From contig CM119271.1 in assembly GCA_051294375.1 (NCBI GenBank), positions 6,759,632 to 6,823,631 of the forward strand: a stretch of DNA of 64,000 bases, in the 5' to 3' direction. This DNA comes from Paraspadella gotoi. Taxonomy: Eukaryota; Animalia; Chaetognatha. Below are positions 25,601-37,600 of the stretch, one piece after another (the stretch's first letter is position 1; every line of letters begins with the position of its first letter). The notes under the pieces were generated by a model. The model made no database searches, was not told where the DNA came from, and was given only the letters and a program-made list of their open reading frames with translations. A program made the translations under genes and the position numbers.

Positions 25601-28600
25601 TCAAACGTCGGTTCAACTTTAATTGGTTTCTCAACCAATTTGTCTTCCTTAAATATATCTCGCGAAGCTAATTCAATCAACATTTCTTTATCAGTATTAA
25701 TATTTTCTTTTTCTATACTTGATTCAACTTTTATGGATCTTAGTAATAATTCTTCCTTATTTAAGGAATCGCTCAAACCAGCATCAAATTTAGTTATATC
25801 CTTTTCAGAATGTAAAGCATCCTGATAATTTGGTTCAACTTTACTAGGTGGTAATGCATTGGTCGAGGAGTTTTCTTGAGGAACTGCATCGTTTTCTGAT
25901 TTAATAATTAAAGGAACCTGTATGTTTTCATTAATATTTATTGCAAGATCCGAAGATTTCTGACAAGTAACAGGTTGATATGCTTTCTCCTGAATGCCTT
26001 GTTTTAAATTATTCTTGGATTTTTCAATAATACTTTTACATTTTTCTTTCAAAACCGCTATATCTTCAAGATTACATTGCAAAACTTTATTCAATAACCT
26101 TTTATAAAATAAAAGAAAAACTGTATGTAATATATCAGCTGGTAAATCCTCCTCTAAAAAAATGCTTTGTGCTTCTTTGGTAGTAATCTTCTGTTCAAAA
26201 ATCTTGAGGGGTATTGAAGTTCCAACCTACATACATATGAAATGTAACTATAAACTTCTAAATGTAACTAATAACATTATATTTATTAGTTGCGATGCGA
26301 ATAATGGCACACTTATTTAATGTAAATATGTTCTTAAAATTATAAACCAATCCTAACCCTAATCCCTAACCTAATCCTGAACCCAGACCATAACCCTTTA
26401 ACCCAAATTTGTAACCATAACCTCTGACCCTAAAAACTTATCCTTAACCAAAATACCTCACCCTAAACACAAACCAAGTACTTAACCTTATTCACTAACC
26501 GAATCCCTAACCTTTAACTTAATCTTTAATTAAAAAAATTAACCTAATTCTAAATTTAGGATAAATGGGGCGTTCTGGGGAAATAAGGTCAAAAGTTTAA
26601 GTCGAAAATCGAAAATTTAATAAATAGGGATAAAACTAAAAGATCAAAATCTTCTACATGCAACAAGTTTGAGCAAACAATGCCGAATCTGCCCACGATC
26701 ATTAGCGGTGAGCAGCTAATCAGATAATTAATTAATATTAATTTTTTTTTATTCGTGTCTTAATCGTTTTCCATTTTGTCTCGCCTCATTTTTTTTGCAT
26801 AATTTATCATTATTGAGATTAAAGATGAAAACTTGCATTAAAGCCGAAACATGTCTGTTAAAAACTAAAAATTTGATGTTCTGACATGATATAAATGAAT
26901 ACCAGACAAGATTGGGGGGCGGACCCACGGACCGACAAAGTGAATTATAGAGCCGGAATCTGCTGTAAGCAGTTCCGGCTAAAAAGCAATCCAAATAAAG
27001 TTAAGAAAACAAAAACAATTTCATAGGTATAGTAACATTTATCACTTTTTTCAGCGCAGCTGATCAAAACCCTTTTACCTTTGACGCAAGTGTAACAGTG
27101 TACGTTTCATTCTTGAACACAAAGTTGGTTTCAACCACAATATTTGCTTTTCTTAAGCACCGTAATATAAGACTTTCGAGGTCTTCAAATTTTGGAAGAG
27201 AGGAAATGACAGTTGTTCGCGCATAAAGCAGAAAATGCGAAAACTTCAATCCAATCTAAAAAAATGTTAAAAGCATAAGGATCGTCCGCAATCGCATAAG
27301 AAAAATCTGGATTGACAACAAATTTTGATACCAAAAAAAATCTAATTTGAGAAAAAAAATAATTTATAAACAAAAAGAAAATAAAAAAATAAATATAAAA
27401 CAGTAAAATAACTTATTTTCGAGTTTAATTTTTAGCAAGTGCAAAGTCTGGATAGACATTATTGAAGGTACTTTTGTTTACTTTTAGCCCGCATAAGCGA
27501 GCAGTTTGATCGAATGCGACATCTCCCAGACAGAAGACAAAGTGAAACTTGAATCAGACTGATGAAGTGAAGTAAAAACTAAAGTGAAGTAAAATGAAGT
27601 AAAGTAAAATAAAATAATAATATAATATTGAAAAAAAAAAAAATTATTCTGATTGATATTTAGAATATTTAAAAAAAAATCCACAAAAATCTCGGATATA
27701 AATTGGGAATAAATGGCGATAATAAAAGTTTTTAGAGGAAAAAATTAATCACAGAAAGAGAGAGAGAGAGAGAAGAAAGAAATCAAGGCAGCAGCAGAAC
27801 AGAAGGAGAAAAGAGAAAAAGAATAAGCCCCTGCAGAGCCAGTGCAGTGAAAGAAATCAAAAGGCAGCAGCAGAAGCAGCAGGAGAAAGAGAGAAAAAGA
27901 ATAAGCCCTAGAGCCTGCAGACTCGTTTTTTTTTCCTAGGGAAAAGAAAGAGGGAGAGAGACATGTAATTAAAAGAAAAAAGAGAGAGAAAAAGAAATAT
28001 AAAAAAAAAGAGAAATTGTTTTGTTTGATAAAACGTAAACAAAACATATTTAATAACTGTCCAGACTCAATTTTAAGCACATCAATGTGATGAAAGCTGT
28101 ATATAAAATTTAAGCTTCATACCCAAATTTAATCATAAACAAGTTTTGAGCAAACAATGTCGGATCTGCTACGAAAATTAACTAATTAATTAATCGATTA
28201 ATTATTATCGATTAATTAATTAATCGATTAATTAATTAATTTTAATATTTAATAATTAATTATAAATTTATATACAGCTTATCATCATCGATCCTTAAAA
28301 TGAAGTAAATGTGACTTATATTTTTTCCATTTAAACTCATTTCCACTGGCACAATTTCGTCAAAACTTTATATCTAGCTTCTTACAAACTTTCCTTCCCG
28401 CTCACAAATATCATCTCAATCTATTATGGGTTAAAATAATTAGAGAGAGCAAAGAATTTTGAATTTAACAAACGATTTTTTATTAGTAGTTGGACATGTT
28501 TCGCTTGCTATTTTAAGCCTCATCAGCATATGACATTCAATAATAAATTTTGTGCAAAAGAAGAGTGAGAGAGAGAGAGAGAGGGGGGTAAAAGTTTTTC

Positions 28601-31600
28601 CAACAAAGTGGTGAGACAGAATAGTGGTCAGATGTGAGGACAGTTGAAGGTAAGGACAGATTGAGTGAGTTGTGAAAAGAAGTGAAACTTGTTAAAGAGA
28701 GAGAGAGAGAGAGGAGAGTGAGAGGAGAGAACGAAACAAACAACAGAGATAAATAAATAATAAAGATACATTTTTGCAATGTACAACAAAGATAAAGGAG
28801 TTTGAAAAAAATAACATTGGAGAAATTTTAACATTTAACTAGTGAATAAATAAGTAATTAGCTAAGGGATAGTTAAGTGAAAATGAATATGAAAGAAAGT
28901 AGTTTTTAGTTTAGTTGATAATTAGGAGATTAAGAAGTGAAATTCAAGGGAAAGAAAGAGCTCAAAGTGAGTGGCCCCTTGTTTTATGCAAATGAAGACA
29001 AGGACGATGATGACGGGTCATTGGCGTGTCAGTGGCTGAGAGGAGAGTATGAGAACTGATGAATGCCGGATTGGGAAGCGATTTGGGGAAAGATCCCCAG
29101 GGCTACTCTTATGTCTCTTTGGCTGAACGCCTGCCGGCTGCCCTCTTCTCGCCTGCTGACGAGGTGGGCGGTTGTCCTGTTTGCCACTTTTGTGACAGGA
29201 GTGATGGACTCCTCTCCCTCCTCCTGAAGCCGTCGCTTTGGGCGACGCTCAGTCCGCAGAGGGAGGGGCTGAGTTGCTGCATTAGAGGGAGAGGCTCGTT
29301 TGCCCATTGCCTGCGCAAGGGTCTTCGCCTGTCTCGTTGAGTGGAGATAGGGGAGTCATTGTGCGGGCGTGGTGGCGGCGGGGCCTCCACCACGCTTTTG
29401 ATAAGCGAATCATAGCTTGGAGGGAGATCGAATCGTCCTCCATCACGGTTCAAAGAGGGCTCGAGGGCTTTGATGTAAATTGCCTCTCTAATACTCTTGA
29501 GAACCAGTTCGGGTCATGGGACAGCACGAAAGTCTGATTCCCTGAACAGATGGCCTGTGTCTGCCGAATGTTCAGCAATTGCGGACAATAGTGACCTCGG
29601 GCGTCACGGTAAGGTTTTTTGTGTTGTTGGAATCGATCTGTCAGAGACTTTCCTGTTCTCCCACGTATGCTGCTGCACAGGATTGGTTGCCCACCTGCAC
29701 AGGCCGCCAATAGACGGCTCCTGATGTTTTCGGTCTGGGGATTTTATCTTTCGGTTTTCACAATTGCTCACGTAGGGAGCCGCGGGCCGTCACTGAGTGG
29801 AGATCCCCTCTTTGCCAGCACCCGCACCAAAGCTTCAGTGATCCCCTGGTGGTAGGGGAGGACAAGTGACCCACGTTCCTTGGGCGTTCTGCTTATCTTC
29901 CACTTGCGCTGTGGTGGGCGCGGTCGGCTCTTCAGCAGCAAGCTCCCGTTTGCCTCCTGGGGGGTGGGAGTAGAACCTGCGTCAGCGGTTACTTGACAGC
30001 CCCTGGTTGGCCACTGTCCTCAGCCAGGCGAGCCGATACCTAGCCTTCTCGAAGGCCCACAATGGGTAGCCATTGATCGCCAAGGCTCTTTTGATGTGCT
30101 CTCTCTCTCTCTCTCTCTCTACACTCTTCTTTTGCCAAAATTTATTATTGAATGTATATGCTGATGAAGGTTGAAATAAGCAAGCCAAAACATGTCCAAC
30201 TACTATAAAAAATCGTTGTTAAATTAAAATTCTTTGCTCTCTCTAATACCTATGAACAACGAAAAAGAAAGGATTAACGCATCGGGTTAAAATAAGTAAA
30301 AAGAGTCAAGTAAATATGACTCATATTTTTTTCATTTAAACATTTCCACTCGTACGAAACTTTTTATCAGCTTCGTCAAACATTTTCCTACCCACACAAC
30401 AAAATTTGAACTCAATCTATCCATCCAATTATGATTAATTAGAGTATATTTTTGTGTTAAAATAAGTAAAAAAATTTTAGTAAATGCGACTTATGTTTTT
30501 CCATTTAAAACTCATATCCACTAACACGATTCCGTCGAAACTTTATATCCAGCTTCATCACATACACAAAATTTAATTCGATCCAACCAGCCAATCACCA
30601 GTTATTGAGGCTTTTTGCTAAGGTGGGACAGATGGACGGATTGATTGACTGATTAATTAATTAGTGATTAATTAATTGACTAATTGATTACATTTAATAT
30701 AAAGGAAAAAAAATCATAATCAATTAGTGAAACAGGTTTTTTTGTTTTTTTCCATTTAAACTCATTTCCACTCAAACAATTCTATCGAAACTTGGTTCCT
30801 GTTCAATCACACACTTTCCTACTCACAATACAAAATTAGGTCAATCGCCCCATCCACTCATGAGCAATTAGTGTTCAAATAGTGAATTATATTTTTTTTT
30901 TCCATTTAAACTCATTTCCACTCTGGACGATTCCATCAAAACTTTATATCCAGCTTAATCACACCACTTCCTAACCACACACAATTTATTCAAATCCATC
31001 ATCAATCACGAGTAATTGGTGTTTTTTGCTAAGGACCGACGAACGGACGGACAGACGGACTTCATTTTAATTTATCATAATTCGATGTTCTGACATGATT
31101 TAAGTTAATGCCCGACAATATTGAGGGGGCGGACCGAAGGACCGACAAAGTGAATTATAGAGTCGAGATCTGCTGATAAAAAGACGATCAATAATTTGGA
31201 ATGCCGACGACGACAACGACGAAGCCACTTATGCGCAAAAGCGTTTGCGACGATTAAAAAGGGGGGGAAAATAAAATAGATTAGGCGCAAATTATTTGAT
31301 TTCCTCTACCAGACATCTAAATGCAAAAGCCCAAGGAATTAAATAAACCATTCTTTGCTTATATCACCCATCCTGTTAATTACTTAAATACCTTAAAGTT
31401 AAATACAAGATTTTGACATTTTAAAGGTAAATAATTATCAATTATTTATTTTTTATAAGGAATTAAGAAGCTCTTTGTGTAACATTTACAGTAATTAATT
31501 TGATGTAATTTATATTTTAAATCGGTAACATCATTTGATAAATTTACTAAATCAAAAATTGTTTTCTCATGTCCGAACGATAGTGGTAATTAACCCGGAC

Positions 31601-34600
31601 CGCGACATCGCCAAGGAACTTTCCGCGAAGTGTCGTTGCAATTCATTTGTGAAAGCGCCATTGCAACTCCGGGACTCCCCCCCCCTTCACCTGTTCTCAC
31701 CTCTGGCCACTGACCTTTCGCAATTCATTTTGAAAAACCTCACCATATCGTTCTCTCTCTCTCTCTCCTTCTCATTCATGAAAATGCTTAGCAAAATAAT
31801 ATTTGATGCGCTGATAAAGACTTATACAACAAATAAAAATCGTTGTTCATTAACAAAGTTTTTTTCTCTAAATATATAGTGTATTAAGGTTATAAATGAA
31901 CTTTTGTAGAATAATATAGGTCGTCTTATGCAATCTGTTTAAGGGAACAAGGAAAAATTAATTTTAAAAAATCGCCCTTGATATTTTTACGTATCTGTAC
32001 ATCTGCATTGAGCGGATTTGACAAATGTGATCATTTTTTCTCGGGAACAGATTCAGGTGTTCGAAAAATTAAAACAGCATCAACGGATGCTAAAATTGAA
32101 TATGACGAAAAACGTGAAAATTTTACTTACCTCTTCCTTTCTTAATTTTTCTGAATCACTGCAGTTGGAAGCTTGTGCTCAATTTTACATTTCCTGAAAA
32201 AAAAAATGGTTTGAGCAACTGCGTGCCGCGTAAAACTCCAAATTATTTTAGTAATAATAATTTTAATAAATTATAATATATTAGTAACAACGAGAAAATT
32301 AATAATAGAATAATAATAATAATGGTTTTGGCCACGATGCTTAACTTTCAACAATCTGGAGGATAAAAACTACATTTATAAGTATTATATTTATGTTTTG
32401 AAAAAATTGTGAATGAAAAATAAAGACATTTAAAAGAAGAATCCATATATGTAACTTAAAAAAAATCGGTCCAGTCATTCCAGAGTTACAATACTTTAAA
32501 CATACGTTAAAAATACCTTTATTTGTTTTTGCTCTTTCTGTGCGAGTACTAATAGTATTGTAACTGAGTAGTTACTTACAAACTAAAACCGCGCAAGCTT
32601 TAAATCCAAATATGCAATAACAAGTTTGAGCAAAAAAATGTCGGATTTGCCTACGATAATTAAGCGGTTATAAGCTAATCAGATGATAAATCCTACCCAC
32701 AAAACAAAATTTCGTTTCAATTTATCTATCCAATTTTAATAAAATATAATAATTATGAGTAAATATAAGTAAACAATACTTTTAATTATGACTTTTGTTT
32801 TTTCCATTTAAACTCATTTCCACTCTCACGATTCCTCGAAACTTTATATCGCCGAGACTCAAGTCACACACTTTCCTACCCACACAGTGGATTATAGCAT
32901 CGCAGATGGAATCGGAACCAAGAATGGAATCGATCCGCGACTCGGGTAAAATCTACCGAGGACTCTGATTGGATGAATCATCGTTGGAATCGAACCAATG
33001 AGAAGATGGGCTTCATGCCATCGGGAAAACGAACCCGTGTCGATGATCCGATTGTAGAGTATAAATATCTGACCATTTTGTATTGAATCCATCTGTCTCA
33101 AATTCTGGACACCGTCTTTGCTTGTGATTTTCTGAGAACAAAATCCACTTTCGGTTTCATATTGAAATCTCTATTGACACCCTATACCTGACAAAATTAT
33201 TTTCCCGCTTAAATCAAGTCAATGTGGCGGTATATTCACACCGCTTAACCTCCAATGAGCTAATCCCCATGGCTCAGAACCGGAACAACACTATCTCAAC
33301 CAGGGGCTAAATCCACAATACTAACGACTTTTCTCTACGTTGACACAAGCGTGATGGCCTTGCGTCTCTTCGAGACTACTTGTCTTGTTCTACTGTTGAC
33401 ATAAGTCTTGAACGCTATCAGCATCGTCACTCGCATAAAAATCTTGAAGTTGATGATCTTGAAGTTGATAATATTGAAAAAGATGATTGAGCCTCCTCAA
33501 TAAGGCGTAGTAAATTCTAAATTTAACTTTAATTAAAATTCTAAAAGTGAGGAAGAACAACATTATACTAATGAACATTTATGTAATAAAAAAATTATAA
33601 TAATTTTACAATTTACGCAGTAGGCCATATTTATACTAGTACTAAACCAATAAATGTTAAAATTTTAAAACAGTTTTTTTTAAGATTTTTTTCCAGATTT
33701 GGATTCGTCATTAAAAGTTGATAAAAAGAAATATAACTCTTTTTGAAAAATTCCTTCATCAAGTGGGTCAAAAATTAGAAAAAGCTATATTTTAAGCTGA
33801 AAATTAACTTTTTATATATTAAATATATTTTTTTAAATTTTTAACCAACTTAATGAAAGAATTTTTAAAAATGATTTATATTTTCTTTTATCAACTTTTT
33901 ACAAGGAATTCAAATCTGCAAGCAAAATTAAGAAAAGCCTATTTTGAAATTTTTCGATTTTATAAGGATAGTACTATATATAAATATAGCCTACTGCGAA
34001 AATTAAAAAACATAAAATTAATTTTTTTTACAAATTAATGTTCACTGATGGTATGTTGTTCATATTTGACTTTTAGAATTTTCATATGTAACTTTCACTA
34101 CGCCTTACTCCTCAACGAGCATTACTGATAATACTGAATTTTACACCCTTTCTTTTTTACCATGTGATTCAATCTGAGCGAGACCATTAGGTCGCCCACC
34201 CAACCCACCATTGCAAAGTTGTGACCAAGCTTTTCTATTCTATTCTTAAGTCCCCTCGCAGAGTATCTACCACATGACTGCAGGGCTACCCAAAGGCTGT
34301 GGAGTGTAGTGGATCAAACTGGGTTAAGTTGAGCAAAAAGCAAATCGGAAACTCAGTACCAAATAGTCCGTCACGCGAAAACGGACCTTGAATTTGAAAC
34401 TCCTAGTCTGCGTTCTCTGTTACGTGATAGGTTGCCTAACTCAAGGCTAAGCGGTGGAACAATGACGTATCTGCATACAATCATTTAACGGTAAGTAATA
34501 TCCACATTCAATTCCCCTAAGCTGGGCTACGTACAGCGTTTTAAACTTTAAATTAAAGTGGGAGACCCATATGTCTAATCCTATCGATGTCCTCGGATAA

Positions 34601-37600
34601 AACGTCTCCAAGCCGTGCTCAATAGAATGAAGCTCTCGGGAACCAAAATTTTATTTGAGATATGTCACAATGATAATTATGTGTATTAGTATAATTATTA
34701 AGTGTGTGGAAGACGATGAAATATTTTACTTATATTTTGAATGGAACAGTATCAGAAATTACAATATATTTGTAGTAATAGTATAAAAAGTATTAATAGT
34801 ATAAATTTCCAAAAGGACTTATTTGAATTTTTTTGATAGATTCAGATTCCTCTTAAAAGTTTCCTCTTCTGTGTCAAAAATGGAAAAAAAGGTTTAAATT
34901 TGCAACTTTTATACTTTCTGTAGTAGAAACTAATATATGACAAAATGTTTTATTCATATAACATATTTTTTTAAGTTTTGGATCCCAACCCTGAATAAAA
35001 ATATATTTATAATAGTATAATAACATCGAGTCGTGATAAAAAGATTATAATACAATTTATTTTTAAAAATTAATGAAAGAATACACAACAAAAAATTATT
35101 AGAGCTTATATCTTTACCTGCAAAGAATTTGATTTTTCCGACATTTCATTGATGGTTGAATGCGGTTTGAGTGAGCATGTATTTTCCATAAACTAAAAAA
35201 TGTATATATATAATTTTGGTAAATGAATTTAAACATTTTATTTTCTATATTTTATGTTTAATACTGGTAATACTGCTTTTGATCGGCGTGGCATTGTAAC
35301 TTCCATACTGGATGGAAAAAACTTCTAATGCATTAAATAATAAACAAGCCATTCCTCTTGTTGCGCGTTTCAGAAGTAGTGTCTTTGAAATCTTTAATCA
35401 AAAACCGGCAAGTTTAATGTGTTGCGCCAAAATAATTTCCTTTTGTAAATGCATTTACCGATGATCACGTGTACAGGCACATAAAAACATGTTGCACCCA
35501 AGTATGATACCTAATTACTTATGCACATTAAAGATTTATGGCTTTTAAAGGGTTATGGTTATTCTATTTTATTTCATATTATTTTTTAATTGATTTATTT
35601 ATATTTTATTTAATAAATAGCAACTATTTTGTTCTGACTTAATGATTCAATCACTCACAACTTCAAATAATAGAATTTAAAATATTTTAGTAAATTGATT
35701 TTTTTTAATATGTGAATTTTTTTAATAATGTAATTATTTTAGCCAAAATTAAAATTTCAATTATTTATATCAATTCAAAATATTTTTTTATATAATTTTA
35801 TTACTAAAAATTCATTTTAAAATATATAACAATCCAAAAATTAAAAGTAAAAAATCTTAAAAAGATAAGGATCGTCGCAATCGCATAAGAAAAATCTGGA
35901 TTGAAGACAAATTTTGATACTAAAAAAATCAAATTTGAGAAAAGAAAATTGATTTATAAACAGAAAGAAAAATTATATTTTGCGATTTGAGAAAAAAAAA
36001 TTTATAAACAGAAAGTACCAAGGAAAATTAAAGTTACAGTTTCTGAAAAAAAAGGAAAAAAAATTTTTTCATTGTCAAAAAATAAACTGATCAGCAGACA
36101 GCCCCTAAGAAAAAAAACGGAATAAAAACCCTATGTTGCGATAGCAAAATGATAACATGCATGAATGCGATGTTTAATTTTACGAGTTCAATCCTAATTC
36201 AATTTTTTTTTAATAAAAACGCAGAGAAAGAGAAAAAAAAAGAAATCAAAAGGCAGCAGCAGAAGCAGCAGGAGAAAAGAGAGAAAAAGAAAGAGCCCCT
36301 GCAGAGCCAGCTGCAGAGAAAAAAATCAAAATGCAGCAGCAGAAGCAGCAAAAGAAAAGAGAGAAAAAGAATAAGCCCCTGCAGAGCCAGCTGCAGACTC
36401 GTTTTTTTCCCCTATGAATCAGTGACTAGGGAAAAGAGAGAGGGAGAGAGACATGTAATTAAAAGAGAAAAGAGAGAGAGAAAGAAATATAAAAATAAAA
36501 GAAAGAAAATTTGTTTGTTTTGATAAAACGTAAACAAAACATTTAATAACTGTCCAGACTCAATTTTAAGCACATGATGATGAGAAGCTGTATATAAATT
36601 TTCAGCTTCATACACCCAAATTTAATCATACAAAAGGGGATCTATAATTTGGAACGCCGACAACGACAACGACGACGACGACGCCACTTACGGGCAAAAG
36701 CGATACAATATCGTCGCAAACGCTAAGCGATTGCGACGATAAAAATGAAGTAGCCAATTAGACGGAAGGTGTGAGTTAGAGGAGAGACTCACGGCTGACG
36801 TAAGGGTTAGGGTTGAGGCTCGGCAGTGAATGGGAGGAGTGGGTTAGGGTTGGGGGGTGACATGTGGATGACATTAGGATTCTGGCTCTGCATAAGACAG
36901 GAGGCGCAGGTCAAGGCTTGGGAAGTGGCTTGCATGAGATTTTGTGAGTTTGGGAAACTGGTTAGGGTCAGGCCTTCGGGGCTTGCAGCATTTTGACCTT
37001 TGTGGCCTAATTCATTCTCCCACCAGTGAGCCTCCTGCTCAATCCTAAACTGGGCCCCGATCCAAACCCTAAGTTTCCCTGGCTCGCAACATCTTCAGCA
37101 AGCCACTTTCCTAGCCATAACCCGATTCTCTGTAAGCCAAAACTAACCCTAGCATCACCCGCGGTCCTCTCCCCCAACCCTAACCACTAGTAACCAGGCC
37201 TCCAAGGCCTACCGTTCATTGCCGAGCCTCAACCCTAACCCTTCCGTTAGTCACGAGTCTCTCCTTCAACTCACGCCTTCTGTCTAATTTTCTACTTTCA
37301 TTTTGCATCACTGGCAAAGTCGCCAGTGAATATACTGGCGACGCCACCAACAGCACCAACTCCTGCGTGAATTTTTGGATTTGGATGAACTACAACTTGG
37401 GTTTATAAGTAATTCTCTGTTTTATGAGTAAAATAATCATCGGGAAATTAGTCCACAGGGCCTCAAACCCTCGACTTGCCGGTTTTTGTTATAATAATTT
37501 TTTTAGAATCAAAATTCAGAACAATTATCATTAAGTACTGTGTATATTTTATAAGATAAAGTTGAGTTAAAAATAAATTTATCCCTTTTATTTATTGTAA

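Larger units (their letters stand above)
28440..30283 (-). mobile_element. 5'-truncated Penelope-like retroelement (RT C-terminus plus GIY-YIG remnant) with inverted pLTRs and a 12-bp TSD
   Basis: EHIKRALAINGYPLWAFEKA; GRTGKSLTDRFQQHKK; LSHDPNWFSRV; NRDGGRFDLPPSYDSLI. Inverted repeats at 28440-28582 and 30100-30247. GGGTTAAAATAA at 28428-28439 and 30284-30295. Confidence 0.92.
27270..31260 (+). mobile_element. HINE family A copy split by a HINE family B copy (28137-31180), which itself contains the PLE
   Basis: Family A sequence breaks at aatcataaa and resumes at aaaaagacgatc-ataatttgga (~31178). Confidence 0.75.

Noticed and set aside
26345-26560. True telomere or chromosome fusion site
   Set aside because: The repeats are short, highly degenerate and intronic; similar tracts occur inside MITE/HINE-like repeats.
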